Origin: an uncultured Ignavibacteriales bacterium
Lineage (GTDB): Bacteria > Bacteroidota > Ignavibacteria > Tepidaquicellales > OLB5
Length of the DNA stretch: 62,693 nt
Direction: 5' to 3'
Assembly: GCA_964577645.1 (NCBI GenBank)
Contig: CAZOAP010000001.1
Coordinates: forward strand, 1 to 62,693
Positions 18,704-28,060 of the stretch are shown one piece after another. The number at the start of each line of letters is the position of its first letter. Within the stretch, counting starts at the first letter, position 1. Position numbers and translations under genes: made by a program. Under the pieces are notes generated by a model. That model saw only the letters and a list, made by a program, of their open reading frames with translations. It did not search any database and was not told the DNA's origin.

Positions 18704-19663
18704 ATGAAATACAGACAGCTTGGCAAACACGGCATAAGGCTCTCGGAAGTTGGAATCGGGAGCTGGTTAACTTACGGAATGTCAATTGAGGATAAAACAG
18801 CCTTAAATTGCATAAAAACAGCAATAGATTGCGGTATTATCTTCTTTGATACAGCAGATATATACAATAAAGGGGAAGCGGAGCTTTCTCTTGGTAGGAT
18901 CTTCTTTGATGAGCTTAAGATAAAAAGGGAGGATGTTGTTATAGCAACAAAGTGTTTCTGGCCAATGTCTCAAAACCCAAATGACCAGGGACTCTCCCGC
19001 AAACATGTATTTGAATCAGTTAATAAATCTCTCAACAGGCTTAAAACTGATTATATTGATCTTTACCAGTGCCACAGACATGATCCTTATACGCCGATGG
19101 AAGAAATTTGCCGTTCGTTCAATGATCTTATTCAGCAGGGAAAAGTTTTGTACTGGGGTGTAAGCGAGTGGTCTGCAGAAAATATTGATGAAGCAGTTAC
19201 AGTATGCGAAAAATACAACTTATACAAACCTGTAAGCAACCAGCCGCAGTACAGCATTATCCGTCCCCACATTGAAACAAATGGCGTAATGAATGCCTGT
19301 GAAAAATACGGGATGGGTGAGGTAGTATGGTCACCGCTTGCACAGGGGCTGCTTTCCGGAAAATATTCTGGCGGTAATGTGCCAAAAGATTCACGTGCAG
19401 CAAACGATAAGGTCAACCATTTTATAAAGGAAAGTGTTAATGATAAGAACCTGCTGGCACAGGTTGATAAGTTTGCAGAGCTGGCACGCAGTATAAACGT
19501 AACTCCTTCGCAGCTGGCACTTGCATGGTGTTTAAGAAAAAGTAATATTACCAGCACAATTACAAGCGCTTCTAAACCTGAACAGGTAATTGAAAACTGC
19601 GGTGCTGCAGATATTGACTTTTCTTCTGCTTTAGAGCAGCAGGTTAAGGAGATATTTACCTAA
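18704..19663 (+). CDS. Aldo/keto reductase (Kv-beta-like subgroup)
   Basis: MKYRQLGK.G..LSE.G.GSW, FFDTADIY..GEAE and DLYQCHRHD are hallmark AKR segments. Confidence 0.9.
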   Translation: MKYRQLGKHGIRLSEVGIGSWLTYGMSIEDKTALNCIKTAIDCGIIFFDTADIYNKGEAELSLGRIFFDELKIKREDVVIATKCFWPMSQNPNDQGLSRKHVFESVNKSLNRLKTDYIDLYQCHRHDPYTPMEEICRSFNDLIQQGKVLYWGVSEWSAENIDEAVTVCEKYNLYKPVSNQPQYSIIRPHIETNGVMNACEKYGMGEVVWSPLAQGLLSGKYSGGNVPKDSRAANDKVNHFIKESVNDKNLLAQVDKFAELARSINVTPSQLALAWCLRKSNITSTITSASKPEQVIENCGAADIDFSSALEQQVKEIFT

Positions 19664-20623
19664 GTGAAACTTGCAGTGATTGGTGAGCCATGTATGGATT
19701 ATATTCACAGGGGTGATGAAACTACTTCAAAACAGTTTGGCGGAATATTATATTCACTGGTTTCTCTTGCGGTATTATCAAAAGATTCAGCAGCAATTTA
19801 CCCGGTCATGAACCTGGGTGAAGATGAATATGATAATGTTACAGGCTTTTTAAGTACATTTAAAAACATCGATCTTGGGTATATAAAGAAAACTTCCCAT
19901 AAAACAAGAGTTGTGAATCTTTTCTATAAAGATAAAAGTTCTGTATTGAATATTTCCACAAAGAAAACATATGACAGGGAAGAAAACTCAACCGATCCGA
20001 CCCTGCCTGTTGAATATGAACAGTTAAAAGATCTGCTTGGTTCACTTGACGGGATACTGGTAAACATGGTTTCAGGCGTTGATCTTACCATAGATGCCTT
20101 TAAAAAAATACGTGAGAATTTTCAGGGTTATATTCATATGGACCTTCATAATCTTGTTATGCAGACCTTCCCTGACGGCACAAGAAAACAAATGCCGGTA
20201 AAAGACTGGCAAAGCTGGATAGGCCAGCCCGATACTCTTCAAATGAATGAATCAGAGCTATCAATTGTGACCGGCGATAATGTTACAGAATACGAAACTG
20301 CGGAAAAAATTCTGAAAGAGAGCAGGGTAAGCTCACTTGTAGTTACCCGCGGCAGGTCAGGGGTAAGTATGTACAGGCTTGTGAATAAAGAAGCCGCAGG
20401 TGAAAAATATTATGATCTTGATAAAACTGATTTCGAAAGAATAGACAGTCCGGAATTTGTTGATTCTACAGGCTGCGGTGATGTATTTGCAGCCGGTTTT
20501 TTCTATAAAAGTGCGGAATTTAACAGGAAAGACCAGCATTTAGCTTTAAATTTTGCAAATAAAATGGCAAGTTTAAATGCTTCGCTTCATGGTGTAGAAG
20601 ATCTCTATAAACTGAATAATTGA
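19664..20623 (+). CDS. PfkB-family carbohydrate kinase, GTG start abutting the upstream stop
   Basis: C-terminal PfkB signature DSTGCGDVFAAGF. The first strand KLAVIGEPCMDYI requires the GTG at 19664, directly after the TAA at 19661-19663. Confidence 0.8.
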   Translation: MKLAVIGEPCMDYIHRGDETTSKQFGGILYSLVSLAVLSKDSAAIYPVMNLGEDEYDNVTGFLSTFKNIDLGYIKKTSHKTRVVNLFYKDKSSVLNISTKKTYDREENSTDPTLPVEYEQLKDLLGSLDGILVNMVSGVDLTIDAFKKIRENFQGYIHMDLHNLVMQTFPDGTRKQMPVKDWQSWIGQPDTLQMNESELSIVTGDNVTEYETAEKILKESRVSSLVVTRGRSGVSMYRLVNKEAAGEKYYDLDKTDFERIDSPEFVDSTGCGDVFAAGFFYKSAEFNRKDQHLALNFANKMASLNASLHGVEDLYKLNN

Positions 20624-20667
20624 AAACACCTTCTTCCCTGTTTCCGGATGAAGTGAAATTTGTGTAA

Positions 20668-21573
20668 ATGATACAACCGAAAAAAATACTTGTAACGGGC
20701 TCAAACGGTTTGCTTGGACAGAAAACTGCTGAAATTTTCAGGCATGAATCTGCACATGAGCTGATATTAACTGACCTGCATGATAATGCTTTTGATTCCA
20801 AGGGCTTTGATTACTTTCCCATGGATATTACCAAAAAGGAAGAAGTTAAGGAAGCGGTAAAGAAATATATGCCGGATATAATCATTAATACGGCTGCTTA
20901 TACAAATGTTGATGGCTGCGAAACAGACCGGGAAATGAGCTGGAGAGTTAACGTTGATGCAGTAAAGCATTTTATTATTGCTTCAAGAATAAATTCTTCA
21001 AAAGTCATACACATATCAACTGATTATATCTTTGACGGTAAATCAGGCAACTACAGCGAAACATCAAAACCAAATCCGCTAAGCTATTACGGAAAGAGCA
21101 AGCTTGCCAGCGAAAACGCTTTAATAACAAGCGGTATAGATTTTGCTATTATCAGACCGATGATCATATACGGTACGGGTAAGAATTTAAGGCCGAATTT
21201 TGCAATATGGCTGATAAATATGCTTTCCGAAAAGAACCAGGTCACTATAGTTGATGATCAGTTTGGTATGCCTACAATGGTTGATGACCTTGGGTGGGCT
21301 TTGGTAAAGATGGTTGATCTTGATAAATCCGGTATCTATCACATATGCGGCAGTGAGTATTTAAGCCGTTATGAATTTGCTGTAAAGCTGGCTGAAATTT
21401 TCGGATATAATGAGAACCTTATCAAACCGATAAAAACTAGTGATCTTAACCAGGCTGCTGAGCGTCCTATGAACTCAAGCTTCATTCTGCTTAAGGCTGA
21501 GACCGATCTTGACCTGAAAACACTGAATGTAACAGAAGGGCTTAATCTTCTGAAGGTACAGCTTGGCTTGTAA
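20668..21573 (+). CDS. rfbD: dTDP-4-dehydrorhamnose reductase-like SDR (RmlD/RfbD family)
   Basis: ILVTGSNGLLGQ Rossmann motif, INTAAYTNVDGCE, and STDYIFDG with YGKSK as the catalytic YxxxK. Confidence 0.8.
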   Translation: MIQPKKILVTGSNGLLGQKTAEIFRHESAHELILTDLHDNAFDSKGFDYFPMDITKKEEVKEAVKKYMPDIIINTAAYTNVDGCETDREMSWRVNVDAVKHFIIASRINSSKVIHISTDYIFDGKSGNYSETSKPNPLSYYGKSKLASENALITSGIDFAIIRPMIIYGTGKNLRPNFAIWLINMLSEKNQVTIVDDQFGMPTMVDDLGWALVKMVDLDKSGIYHICGSEYLSRYEFAVKLAEIFGYNENLIKPIKTSDLNQAAERPMNSSFILLKAETDLDLKTLNVTEGLNLLKVQLGL

Positions 21574-21633
21574 TATTATATGATATATTAGTATTGTATT
21601 CTTTGTAATTCGTAATTTTTAATTGATATAATT

Positions 21634-22896
21634 ATGTTAGATCTCAAAATAATACGTGAAAATCCCGAACTGATGAAGCAAAAGCTTGAGGCACGCAATA
21701 TGACCTCTGAAAGTATTGAAAAGATACTTGCTCTTGATATCAAACGCAGGGAATTTATTGGTGAAGTTGAAAAGCTTAAAAGCCTCCGCAACAATGTATC
21801 ACAGGAAATCGCCAAAATGAAAAAGGAAGGCGCAAATGCTGATGATAAAATTGCCGATATGAAAAAGGTTTCTGATGATATCAAAGCAATTGATGATAAG
21901 CTTGCAGAAGCTGAAAAGGATATAGATAATATCCTGCGTGATATCCCTAATATTGCAGAAGATTCTGTTCCATTAGGAAAGTCAAGTGATGACAATGTGC
22001 AGTTCAAAATATCAGGAGAAAAAGCATCAGGGGATTTTAAATATCTGGATCATGTTGAGATTGGCAAAAAGCTTGATATACTTGATTTCGGCACCGGTGC
22101 AAAAATATCCGGCAGCGGTTTTCCTTTTTATAAAGGCAAAGGCGCTATGCTTGAGCGCGCTTTGATAAATTTCATGCTGGATACACATAAAGGTAACGGT
22201 TATACTGAAGTCGGTGTACCATACCTGGTAAACCGTGAATCGATGGAAGCCGCCGAGAAAGTACCAAAGTTTGAAGAAGACATGTACCGCACTGATCCGG
22301 ATGACCTGTTTGCAATACCAACAGCTGAGGTTCCGATAGTTAATATTCACAGGGATGAAGTGATGGATATTAAAACTTTACCTGTTAAATACTGCGGCTA
22401 TACAGCATGTTTCCGAAGGGAAGCCGGAAGCTACGGAAAAGACACAAAAGGTTTCCTGAGAGTTCACCAGTTCAATAAGGTTGAGCTTATCAACTTCTGC
22501 CTGCCGGAAGATTCATATTCTCAGATGGAAGAAATGCTTACTCATGCCTGCGGAATACTCGAAGCACTCAATATCCATTACCGCGTTGTGAATGTATGCA
22601 CAGGTGATATGGGCTTTGCAGCAAGCAAGCAGTATGATATCGAAGTATGGTCACCTGCTGAATCCAAATGGCTTGAAGCATCAAGTGTAAGCAATTGCAC
22701 CGATTTCCAGTCCAGAAGGGCTATGATACGCTTTAAACGGGATAAAAAGACTGAATACGTGCATATTCTTAACGGTTCAGGCCTTGCTACTTCCAGGCTG
22801 TATGTTTCTTTGATCGAATCTAACCAAACACCTGAAGGAAAGATAATTATTCCCAAAGTACTGCAAAAGTACACCGGGTTTGATACAATTGGCTGA
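21634..22896 (+). CDS. serS: Seryl-tRNA synthetase
   Basis: N-terminal coiled-coil arm (MLDLKIIRENPE...). Class II motifs FRRE.GS.G.DT.G..RVHQF.KVE and GSGLATSR. Confidence 0.97.
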   Translation: MLDLKIIRENPELMKQKLEARNMTSESIEKILALDIKRREFIGEVEKLKSLRNNVSQEIAKMKKEGANADDKIADMKKVSDDIKAIDDKLAEAEKDIDNILRDIPNIAEDSVPLGKSSDDNVQFKISGEKASGDFKYLDHVEIGKKLDILDFGTGAKISGSGFPFYKGKGAMLERALINFMLDTHKGNGYTEVGVPYLVNRESMEAAEKVPKFEEDMYRTDPDDLFAIPTAEVPIVNIHRDEVMDIKTLPVKYCGYTACFRREAGSYGKDTKGFLRVHQFNKVELINFCLPEDSYSQMEEMLTHACGILEALNIHYRVVNVCTGDMGFAASKQYDIEVWSPAESKWLEASSVSNCTDFQSRRAMIRFKRDKKTEYVHILNGSGLATSRLYVSLIESNQTPEGKIIIPKVLQKYTGFDTIG

Positions 22897-23043
22897 TTTT
22901 AGCCTGTTTTTACAGTATTTTATTGGAACATTTACTTATCGTTACAGTTAAACATCTAAGTACGGTAAGAACATATAGATTTAAAAATGGTCATAACTTT
23001 GTACTTGAATTGTTGTGGCCATTTTTTAATTTTATATACAATC

Positions 23044-23958
23044 ATGAAAGAAAGAATTTATACAATTTTAAGGCTTCGGATTTTACTGATCATGTTATTA
23101 TGGTCTGGTACCGTATTTACTCAAACCAATTCAAATAAAGAGGTTTACAACAAAACTGTTGCTGCAATCGGTTTAATAACCGACAGAACCGGGGCAGTTG
23201 CAAGCGGCTTCTTTATTAATCCAACTACATTTGTAACCAATCATCATGTAACTGAAGATCTTGACGTTAAAACGGCAAAGATAGAAATGAAGGATGACAG
23301 GGTATACAGGGTTAAGCGGATTGTTAAGGAAGTAAAGCTTTGTGACCTGGCAATTGTGGAAATTACCAAAGAGTGTGATGATATTCTTCCATTGGCAGAT
23401 GAAAGCATAATAAAAGATTACGATGATGTCTACTCAATAGGTAATCCAACTGATAAAGATATGAACATCGATTATTTTCACTTAACAAAAGGCAAAATTA
23501 AAAAAATTGATGATGATTCATGGTTTTATGACCAGGATGAACATTATACCCACGAGGCTTTTGTAATTCAGCACACTGCAATGATAAGGCCCGGCAACAG
23601 CGGGGGTCCGTTGCTTAACAGCCGCGGCGAAGTTGTTGGAGTTAATACATTCTTTTACAGTGATTCAAGCAACTATGCTATTCATGTTAGTGAGCTGGTT
23701 AAGATACTTGAGAGCAGCAATATAGCCTACAATAAATCCATAACCGAGAAGAAATTCACAAAGAAGGAAAAGAGATCAAGGAATATTGGCGAAAGATTTG
23801 AAAGTGTATTTGAGCGCCAGTCTGAAATAATTGAAGATTATTCATATGTTTTCGTATCTCTTGGAGCACTTTATTTTGCATTTGTATTTTTCGGAATAAT
23901 AATGATTATTGTATATGTCACAGCGTTCAGAACTGTGAAACGTACTAATTATTATTAA
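23044..23958 (+). CDS. Trypsin-like (S1) serine protease with N-terminal signal peptide and C-terminal TM anchor
   Basis: Catalytic triad contexts TNHHV, CDLAIVEI and GNSGGPLL. The start is placed at the internal ATG 23044 (MKERIYTILRLRILLIMLLWSGTVFTQ) rather than 22987. The C-terminal helix reads YVFVSLGALYFAFVFFGIIMIIVYV. Confidence 0.75.
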   Translation: MKERIYTILRLRILLIMLLWSGTVFTQTNSNKEVYNKTVAAIGLITDRTGAVASGFFINPTTFVTNHHVTEDLDVKTAKIEMKDDRVYRVKRIVKEVKLCDLAIVEITKECDDILPLADESIIKDYDDVYSIGNPTDKDMNIDYFHLTKGKIKKIDDDSWFYDQDEHYTHEAFVIQHTAMIRPGNSGGPLLNSRGEVVGVNTFFYSDSSNYAIHVSELVKILESSNIAYNKSITEKKFTKKEKRSRNIGERFESVFERQSEIIEDYSYVFVSLGALYFAFVFFGIIMIIVYVTAFRTVKRTNYY

Positions 23959-23964
23959 CGGTCT

Positions 23965-24327
23965 ATGAAAAATTACTGGATAACAACCGGAGCTGTTTTT
24001 GGCTTCCTGGCAGTTGCAATCGGTGCATTTGGCGCACACCAGATCAGGAATATTGTTACACCTGAAATGCTTGAAATTTACAAAACCGGGGTCCAGTATC
24101 ATATTATACATGCTGTTATTATTACAGCGATCGGCTTTTACGGAAACCCAAAATACTTTATGGCTGCATTTTTCCTCTCACTTGGTATATTACTGTTTTC
24201 CTTTTCACTTTATATTTACGCTATAACCTGGATCACACCAATTGCAATCATAACTCCATTCGGCGGAGTAAGCTTCCTTATAGGCTGGCTGCTGATAATT
24301 ATAGCATCTTTAAAGAAAGATAAATAG
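23965..24327 (+). CDS. DUF423 (YgdD/TMEM256) family membrane protein
   Basis: Four TM helices. The GAFGAH...YH..HA pattern is characteristic of DUF423. Confidence 0.8.
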   Translation: MKNYWITTGAVFGFLAVAIGAFGAHQIRNIVTPEMLEIYKTGVQYHIIHAVIITAIGFYGNPKYFMAAFFLSLGILLFSFSLYIYAITWITPIAIITPFGGVSFLIGWLLIIIASLKKDK

Positions 24328-24331
24328 TATA

Positions 24332-24372
24332 TAAGTCATTCCCGCATTCAGGGAATGACTTATTAAATTTTT
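24332..24372 (+). terminator. Rho-independent terminator / GC-rich palindromic word
   Basis: TAAGTCATTCCC-gcattca-GGGAATGACTTA (12-bp stem) followed by TTAAATTTTT. Confidence 0.7.
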
Positions 24373-24449
24373 CCCCGTAATAAAACTCCTCACTATACAT
24401 CTAAATAATACAGGATTTCAAAAGACTAACTTCATAAAACATTTATAAA

Positions 24450-24457
24450 TATCTTTG
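24450..24457 (+). promoter_or_regulatory. Candidate -7 promoter box TATCTTTG
   Basis: Exact TAnnTTTG match 25 nt upstream of the ECF sigma ATG at 24483. Confidence 0.35.
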
Positions 24458-24482
24458 TAAATGAAAAATTCAGCCGGTTTTA

Positions 24483-25004
24483 ATGGATAAAGAGCCGTTT
24501 TTTAAGCAGGTACTTGAAGAAAATAAGGACAGGATCTACAGGATTTGCTGTGCTTATGAGCGTGACCCGGATGAAAGGCAGGACCTTTACCAGGAGATAG
24601 TCATAAATATTTGGAAGAACCTCGGCAAGTTTGAGGGGCGCTCCATGATAAGCACATGGATATACAGGATCGCAGTGAATACATCCCTGATGCATATAAA
24701 AAAGGAAAGCAGAAGGAACAGGGATAAAACTGACCTGAATGAGAATATCATTTCAGCTACGGCCGAAAATACTTCTGAAACGGAAGAAAAGATTGAAACA
24801 GGTAAAAATATTGATAAATTATACAGCAGTATTAATGAATTACCTTCCCTCGATAGAGTGATAATTTCGATGGTGCTTGAAGAACTCTCGTATAAGGAAA
24901 TCGCAGAAGTCACCGGTCTGACTGTAAACAACATAGGTGTCAGAATAAACCGCATAAAAAAAGAGCTTTCACAGCTGATGGAGAAAAAAGAAGATGGAAT
25001 TTGA
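24483..25004 (+). CDS. ECF (sigma-70 group 4) RNA polymerase sigma factor
   Basis: Region 2 reads DLYQEIVINIWKNL..F.....STWIYRIAVNTSL. Region 4 reads LEELSYKEIAEVTGLTVNNIGVRINRIKKEL. Confidence 0.9.
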   Translation: MDKEPFFKQVLEENKDRIYRICCAYERDPDERQDLYQEIVINIWKNLGKFEGRSMISTWIYRIAVNTSLMHIKKESRRNRDKTDLNENIISATAENTSETEEKIETGKNIDKLYSSINELPSLDRVIISMVLEELSYKEIAEVTGLTVNNIGVRINRIKKELSQLMEKKEDGI

Positions 25005-25596
25005 CGAACTAAAAGATATCTGGAAAGAAAATAAGGCAAAAGATATATCAATAGAACCTGCTAAATACGATGGCCTTATTTCCCAGGTAAAAAAAGCTGA
25101 GAAAAAAGTTATCATCAGGTATATTGTTATGACATTCTTTATGTCATTTGCATTTTATGTGTTCATAGGTAAGCTAATAAGCTATAAACGGTATGATGAC
25201 TTGACTTATGCAGGTATTTATTTATTGCTGATCGCTATGACATCTGTAGGAATTATGGTGTGGAGCACAGTTATTATACTTAAGAAAAACAATATCAGTA
25301 ATCCAAGCATTGAGTTCCTTAAGAATATAAACAGAAAACTAAAACGCAGAACATTAATCAAAAAGATCATTATACCCATTTACCTGGCAGCAATTACTCT
25401 TGGTATAACCCTTGTATACATTGAAGTACTCGAGCCTTTTACAATGTACATGCGGATCTTTTTACATATCCTTGTATTAATTTTTATATATGGCGTGAGT
25501 GTAATAGCTACTAAGCGTGAAAATAAACTTTATGAAAGAACTTACAAGCCTATTGAGCTTAAAATAAACGAACTCTTAAGCGAATATGAAAAATAA
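24994..25596 (+). CDS. Multi-pass membrane protein, putative cognate anti-sigma factor
   Basis: Overlaps the sigma gene by 11 nt. It has a short cytoplasmic N-terminus and then about 5 TM helices. No zinc-binding anti-sigma motif was seen, so the call rests on position only. Confidence 0.45.
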   Translation: MEFDELKDIWKENKAKDISIEPAKYDGLISQVKKAEKKVIIRYIVMTFFMSFAFYVFIGKLISYKRYDDLTYAGIYLLLIAMTSVGIMVWSTVIILKKNNISNPSIEFLKNINRKLKRRTLIKKIIIPIYLAAITLGITLVYIEVLEPFTMYMRIFLHILVLIFIYGVSVIATKRENKLYERTYKPIELKINELLSEYEK

Positions 25597-25624
25597 ATAC
25601 ACAATAATGTTACTCTGTATTAAT

Positions 25625-25653
25625 AAAAAAGCCCGGCAATAACCGGGCTTTTT
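25625..25653. terminator. Bidirectional rho-independent terminator
   Basis: AAAAAAGCCCGG-caataa-CCGGGCTTTTT between convergent genes. Confidence 0.8.
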
Positions 25654-25667
25654 AATGATTAAAATTA

Positions 25668-27029
25668 TTATTTTTTGCCTACTTTATCTATCAGCCATTG
25701 AGCCATTGCGTTTGCTTCTTTTTTCTTTAAGCCCTGGTTTGGCATTGGCGGGAATGCAGGATCAATTTTCTGCGGGTTAAAAATGAATTCAGCCAGTTTC
25801 TGTGCATCGCCGTTATACTTGGGGATGGTCTGCTGGTAAGGCGGACCCACCAGCTTCTGGTCAAACTTATGGCACGCAGAGCATTTTTGTGTAAAAATTG
25901 CCTCAGCATCTATACCGGTTGACTGCATTGTCTTGCCTTTAAGCTCTTTCTCTTCATCGGCTGCAAGCTTGGTTATTTCAATAGTGTTTTCATGTATTGC
26001 ATTTCCAAATGCTATCTGGTCTTTTATGATATTGAACAGAACAAGTGTAAATACCAGTATGAATACTGCAGTTGCTGAACCTGTATCTGAATTCTTGAAC
26101 ATTGCATAAACAAAATTACCCACTATCAGAGAGATGATAAGTACAACTACCATATAAAAGAAAACAGTAGGTGATTGTGATACATGCGGCAGGTATGCAT
26201 AGCTTATTATAAGCATTAACGGGAAAAGTATTCCGGAGGCAAGTGATATCTTGCCTGCAGTATTTTTAACAAGCGAAGCATACGCATTATCCATATCCTT
26301 TAAGCCGCCATCCCAGGTAAAGAAATAGAACATAATTGCGCCGCCTGATATGATACCTGAGAGAGAAACAAGTGCTCCGAAGCTGAATAATGTTTGCCAT
26401 GAAAATATTATCTGCAGAATATTTCCTACACTCGCCCATTTATCAGGTGTTGAAGCAAGCGCCATTGCACCTGCAAAGATATATGATGCTGCAAGCAAAA
26501 GCCATTTGCCGGCGGTACCTGCAGTTGAGTTTGTGAGAACAATATTCTGTTCAAAATCCTTTATTTCCTGTGTGTTTTCGTTTTCTGTATCAAGAGCATC
26601 TTTTGGTGAAATATTCTTAAATGCCTTCATGATACCTTCAAGCTTGAAAGTACCGCGGTATTTGTATATGAACACAAATGATAAAATAAAAAGTACTGCA
26701 GAAAGCGCCATCATGCTTACTGTAATGGTTTTGGCTGTAAATAACAGCTGAGCATAAGCAAAGAATATTGAAAGCACCGGGATAGTTCCCAAAGCCAGCT
26801 CTGCGCTTTTGGTAATTGTAAGCTTTTCCACAACATCCCTGGCAAACCTTAAGTAAAGATTGTTGCCTTCTGTTTTACCCTTTTTATTGAAATGTGTAGA
26901 AATAAAAGTAGCTCCAAGCATCATGCTGATATACGGTATAAAAAGCAGCAGTGATATCGTCAGCATGTACTTTACAAGCATTACATGATTATCAGATGGC
27001 GGAATTACAAGTTCGTCGAAAAAATTCAT
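25668..27029 (-). CDS. Polytopic membrane protein fused to a C-terminal monoheme cytochrome c domain
   Basis: About 10 hydrophobic helices followed by KCSACHKF..KLVGPPY....PMPNQ (CxxCH plus a distal Met context). Its ATG overlaps the ctaB stop by 1 nt (TAATG). Confidence 0.75.
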   Translation of the reverse strand: MNFFDELVIPPSDNHVMLVKYMLTISLLLFIPYISMMLGATFISTHFNKKGKTEGNNLYLRFARDVVEKLTITKSAELALGTIPVLSIFFAYAQLLFTAKTITVSMMALSAVLFILSFVFIYKYRGTFKLEGIMKAFKNISPKDALDTENENTQEIKDFEQNIVLTNSTAGTAGKWLLLAASYIFAGAMALASTPDKWASVGNILQIIFSWQTLFSFGALVSLSGIISGGAIMFYFFTWDGGLKDMDNAYASLVKNTAGKISLASGILFPLMLIISYAYLPHVSQSPTVFFYMVVVLIISLIVGNFVYAMFKNSDTGSATAVFILVFTLVLFNIIKDQIAFGNAIHENTIEITKLAADEEKELKGKTMQSTGIDAEAIFTQKCSACHKFDQKLVGPPYQQTIPKYNGDAQKLAEFIFNPQKIDPAFPPMPNQGLKKKEANAMAQWLIDKVGKK

Positions 27030-27970
27030 TAGAATACTTTAATTAATTTATCAATTGATAAGATAGTTATTAATAGCAGTGTAAAAAAATTAATTGCTAT
27101 AAATGTGTTCCTTATATCTTTTCTTTCAGTCTTACTCTTCAGGAATTTCAGGGTAACATAAATCATCCATATGGATATCAGGCAAAGCCCGATAAAGCTT
27201 GCCATGTAATTTATATACAGAAACAGCGGTATCATCATAGCGGTCATTACATTACCTACAAGCCACATTACTGTTATTCTTTTCAGCTGATCAGGTGAAA
27301 ATACCCTGTTAAGCGTGGGGAAGCCGCCTTTTTCATAGTCATTGCCATATAGCATTAGCAGTAGCCAGAAGTGCGGTATTTGCCAGATAAAGAAATATGC
27401 AGCTATCATAATAATTCTGCTGTCAAGCAGATCGCCCCCTGCTGCGGTCCAACCGGCAACGGGCGGTAATGCACCAACAAGTGCGCCGGGAATAATTGCA
27501 AAAGCGGTTTTACGCTTTAAAGGAGTGTAAACCCCGTTATACCAAAAAAATGTGAAGATACCCACTAAAAAAGTGGTAAAATTAGTTGTAAAAAGCAGTA
27601 TAACAGAGCCGCTTATAAGCAGACCAAGAGAAACATACAGCGCAAATGCAGGTTCAATTTTACCGGAAGGTATCGGACGGAATTTTGTCCTGTCCATAAG
27701 TGCATCGGTATCTCTTTCCTGCCAGTGATTCAGCGATGAAGAAGCTGCAGCCAGTAAAAAAATACCCGCAATAGCATAAAACATCGTAAAGCCCAGACTT
27801 GGGGCAGCAAGTATGTACCCTAAACCGGTTGTAAAAGATACAAGTGCCGTAATTTTGAATTTTGTCAGCTCGCTGAACACCTTCAATATCTCCGTAAATG
27901 AGCCGGCAATACTATTATTGCTGATCTGCTCTCTAACTGCCGTACCTGTATTTATGCTGCTTCTCTTCAA
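27029..27970 (-). CDS. ctaB: Protoheme IX farnesyltransferase (heme O synthase)
   Basis: UbiA-family motifs NHWQERDTDALMDRT..RPIPSG and the YFFIWQIPHFW context. Confidence 0.92.
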   Translation of the reverse strand: MKRSSINTGTAVREQISNNSIAGSFTEILKVFSELTKFKITALVSFTTGLGYILAAPSLGFTMFYAIAGIFLLAAASSSLNHWQERDTDALMDRTKFRPIPSGKIEPAFALYVSLGLLISGSVILLFTTNFTTFLVGIFTFFWYNGVYTPLKRKTAFAIIPGALVGALPPVAGWTAAGGDLLDSRIIMIAAYFFIWQIPHFWLLLMLYGNDYEKGGFPTLNRVFSPDQLKRITVMWLVGNVMTAMMIPLFLYINYMASFIGLCLISIWMIYVTLKFLKSKTERKDIRNTFIAINFFTLLLITILSIDKLIKVF

Positions 27971-28036
27971 ATGGATATTACTGGTTACTTTTTTTATTTT
28001 TTATTTCACGCCTGCTTTACCAGGAAAAGTTTCTCG

Positions 28037-28057
28037 TCTCACGTTTGACGTTTCACA
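28037..28057. repeat. Heptamer tandem repeat TCTCACG TTTGACG TTTCACA
   Basis: Read directly. It abuts the coxII stop (28061-28063) and lies in the 90-nt spacer before ctaB. Confidence 0.6.
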
Positions 28058-28060
28058 TGA

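Noticed and set aside
22923-23043. The upstream extensions of the protease gene (ORFs starting at 22923 and 22987).
   Set aside because: The 22987 extension adds 19 residues (MVITLYLNCCGHFLILYTI) ahead of a perfectly good Met plus signal peptide at 23044. The 22923 ORF is in another frame and overlaps it. Neither has motif support.
24461-24490. A 9-codon upstream ORF (MKNSAGFNG) overlapping the ECF sigma start out of frame, as a possible regulatory leader peptide.
   Set aside because: It is very short, has no conserved features I can evaluate, and begins only 3 nt after the candidate -7 box, so it may not even be transcribed with a usable 5' end. It is noted only for completeness.
27971-28060. 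The short tandem repeats (heptamer and octamer arrays at 28037, 36029, 47294 and elsewhere) as CRISPR-like arrays.
   Set aside because: The units are 7-8 nt and directly abutting, with 3-4 copies and no unique spacers of 25-40 nt. No cas genes are present.
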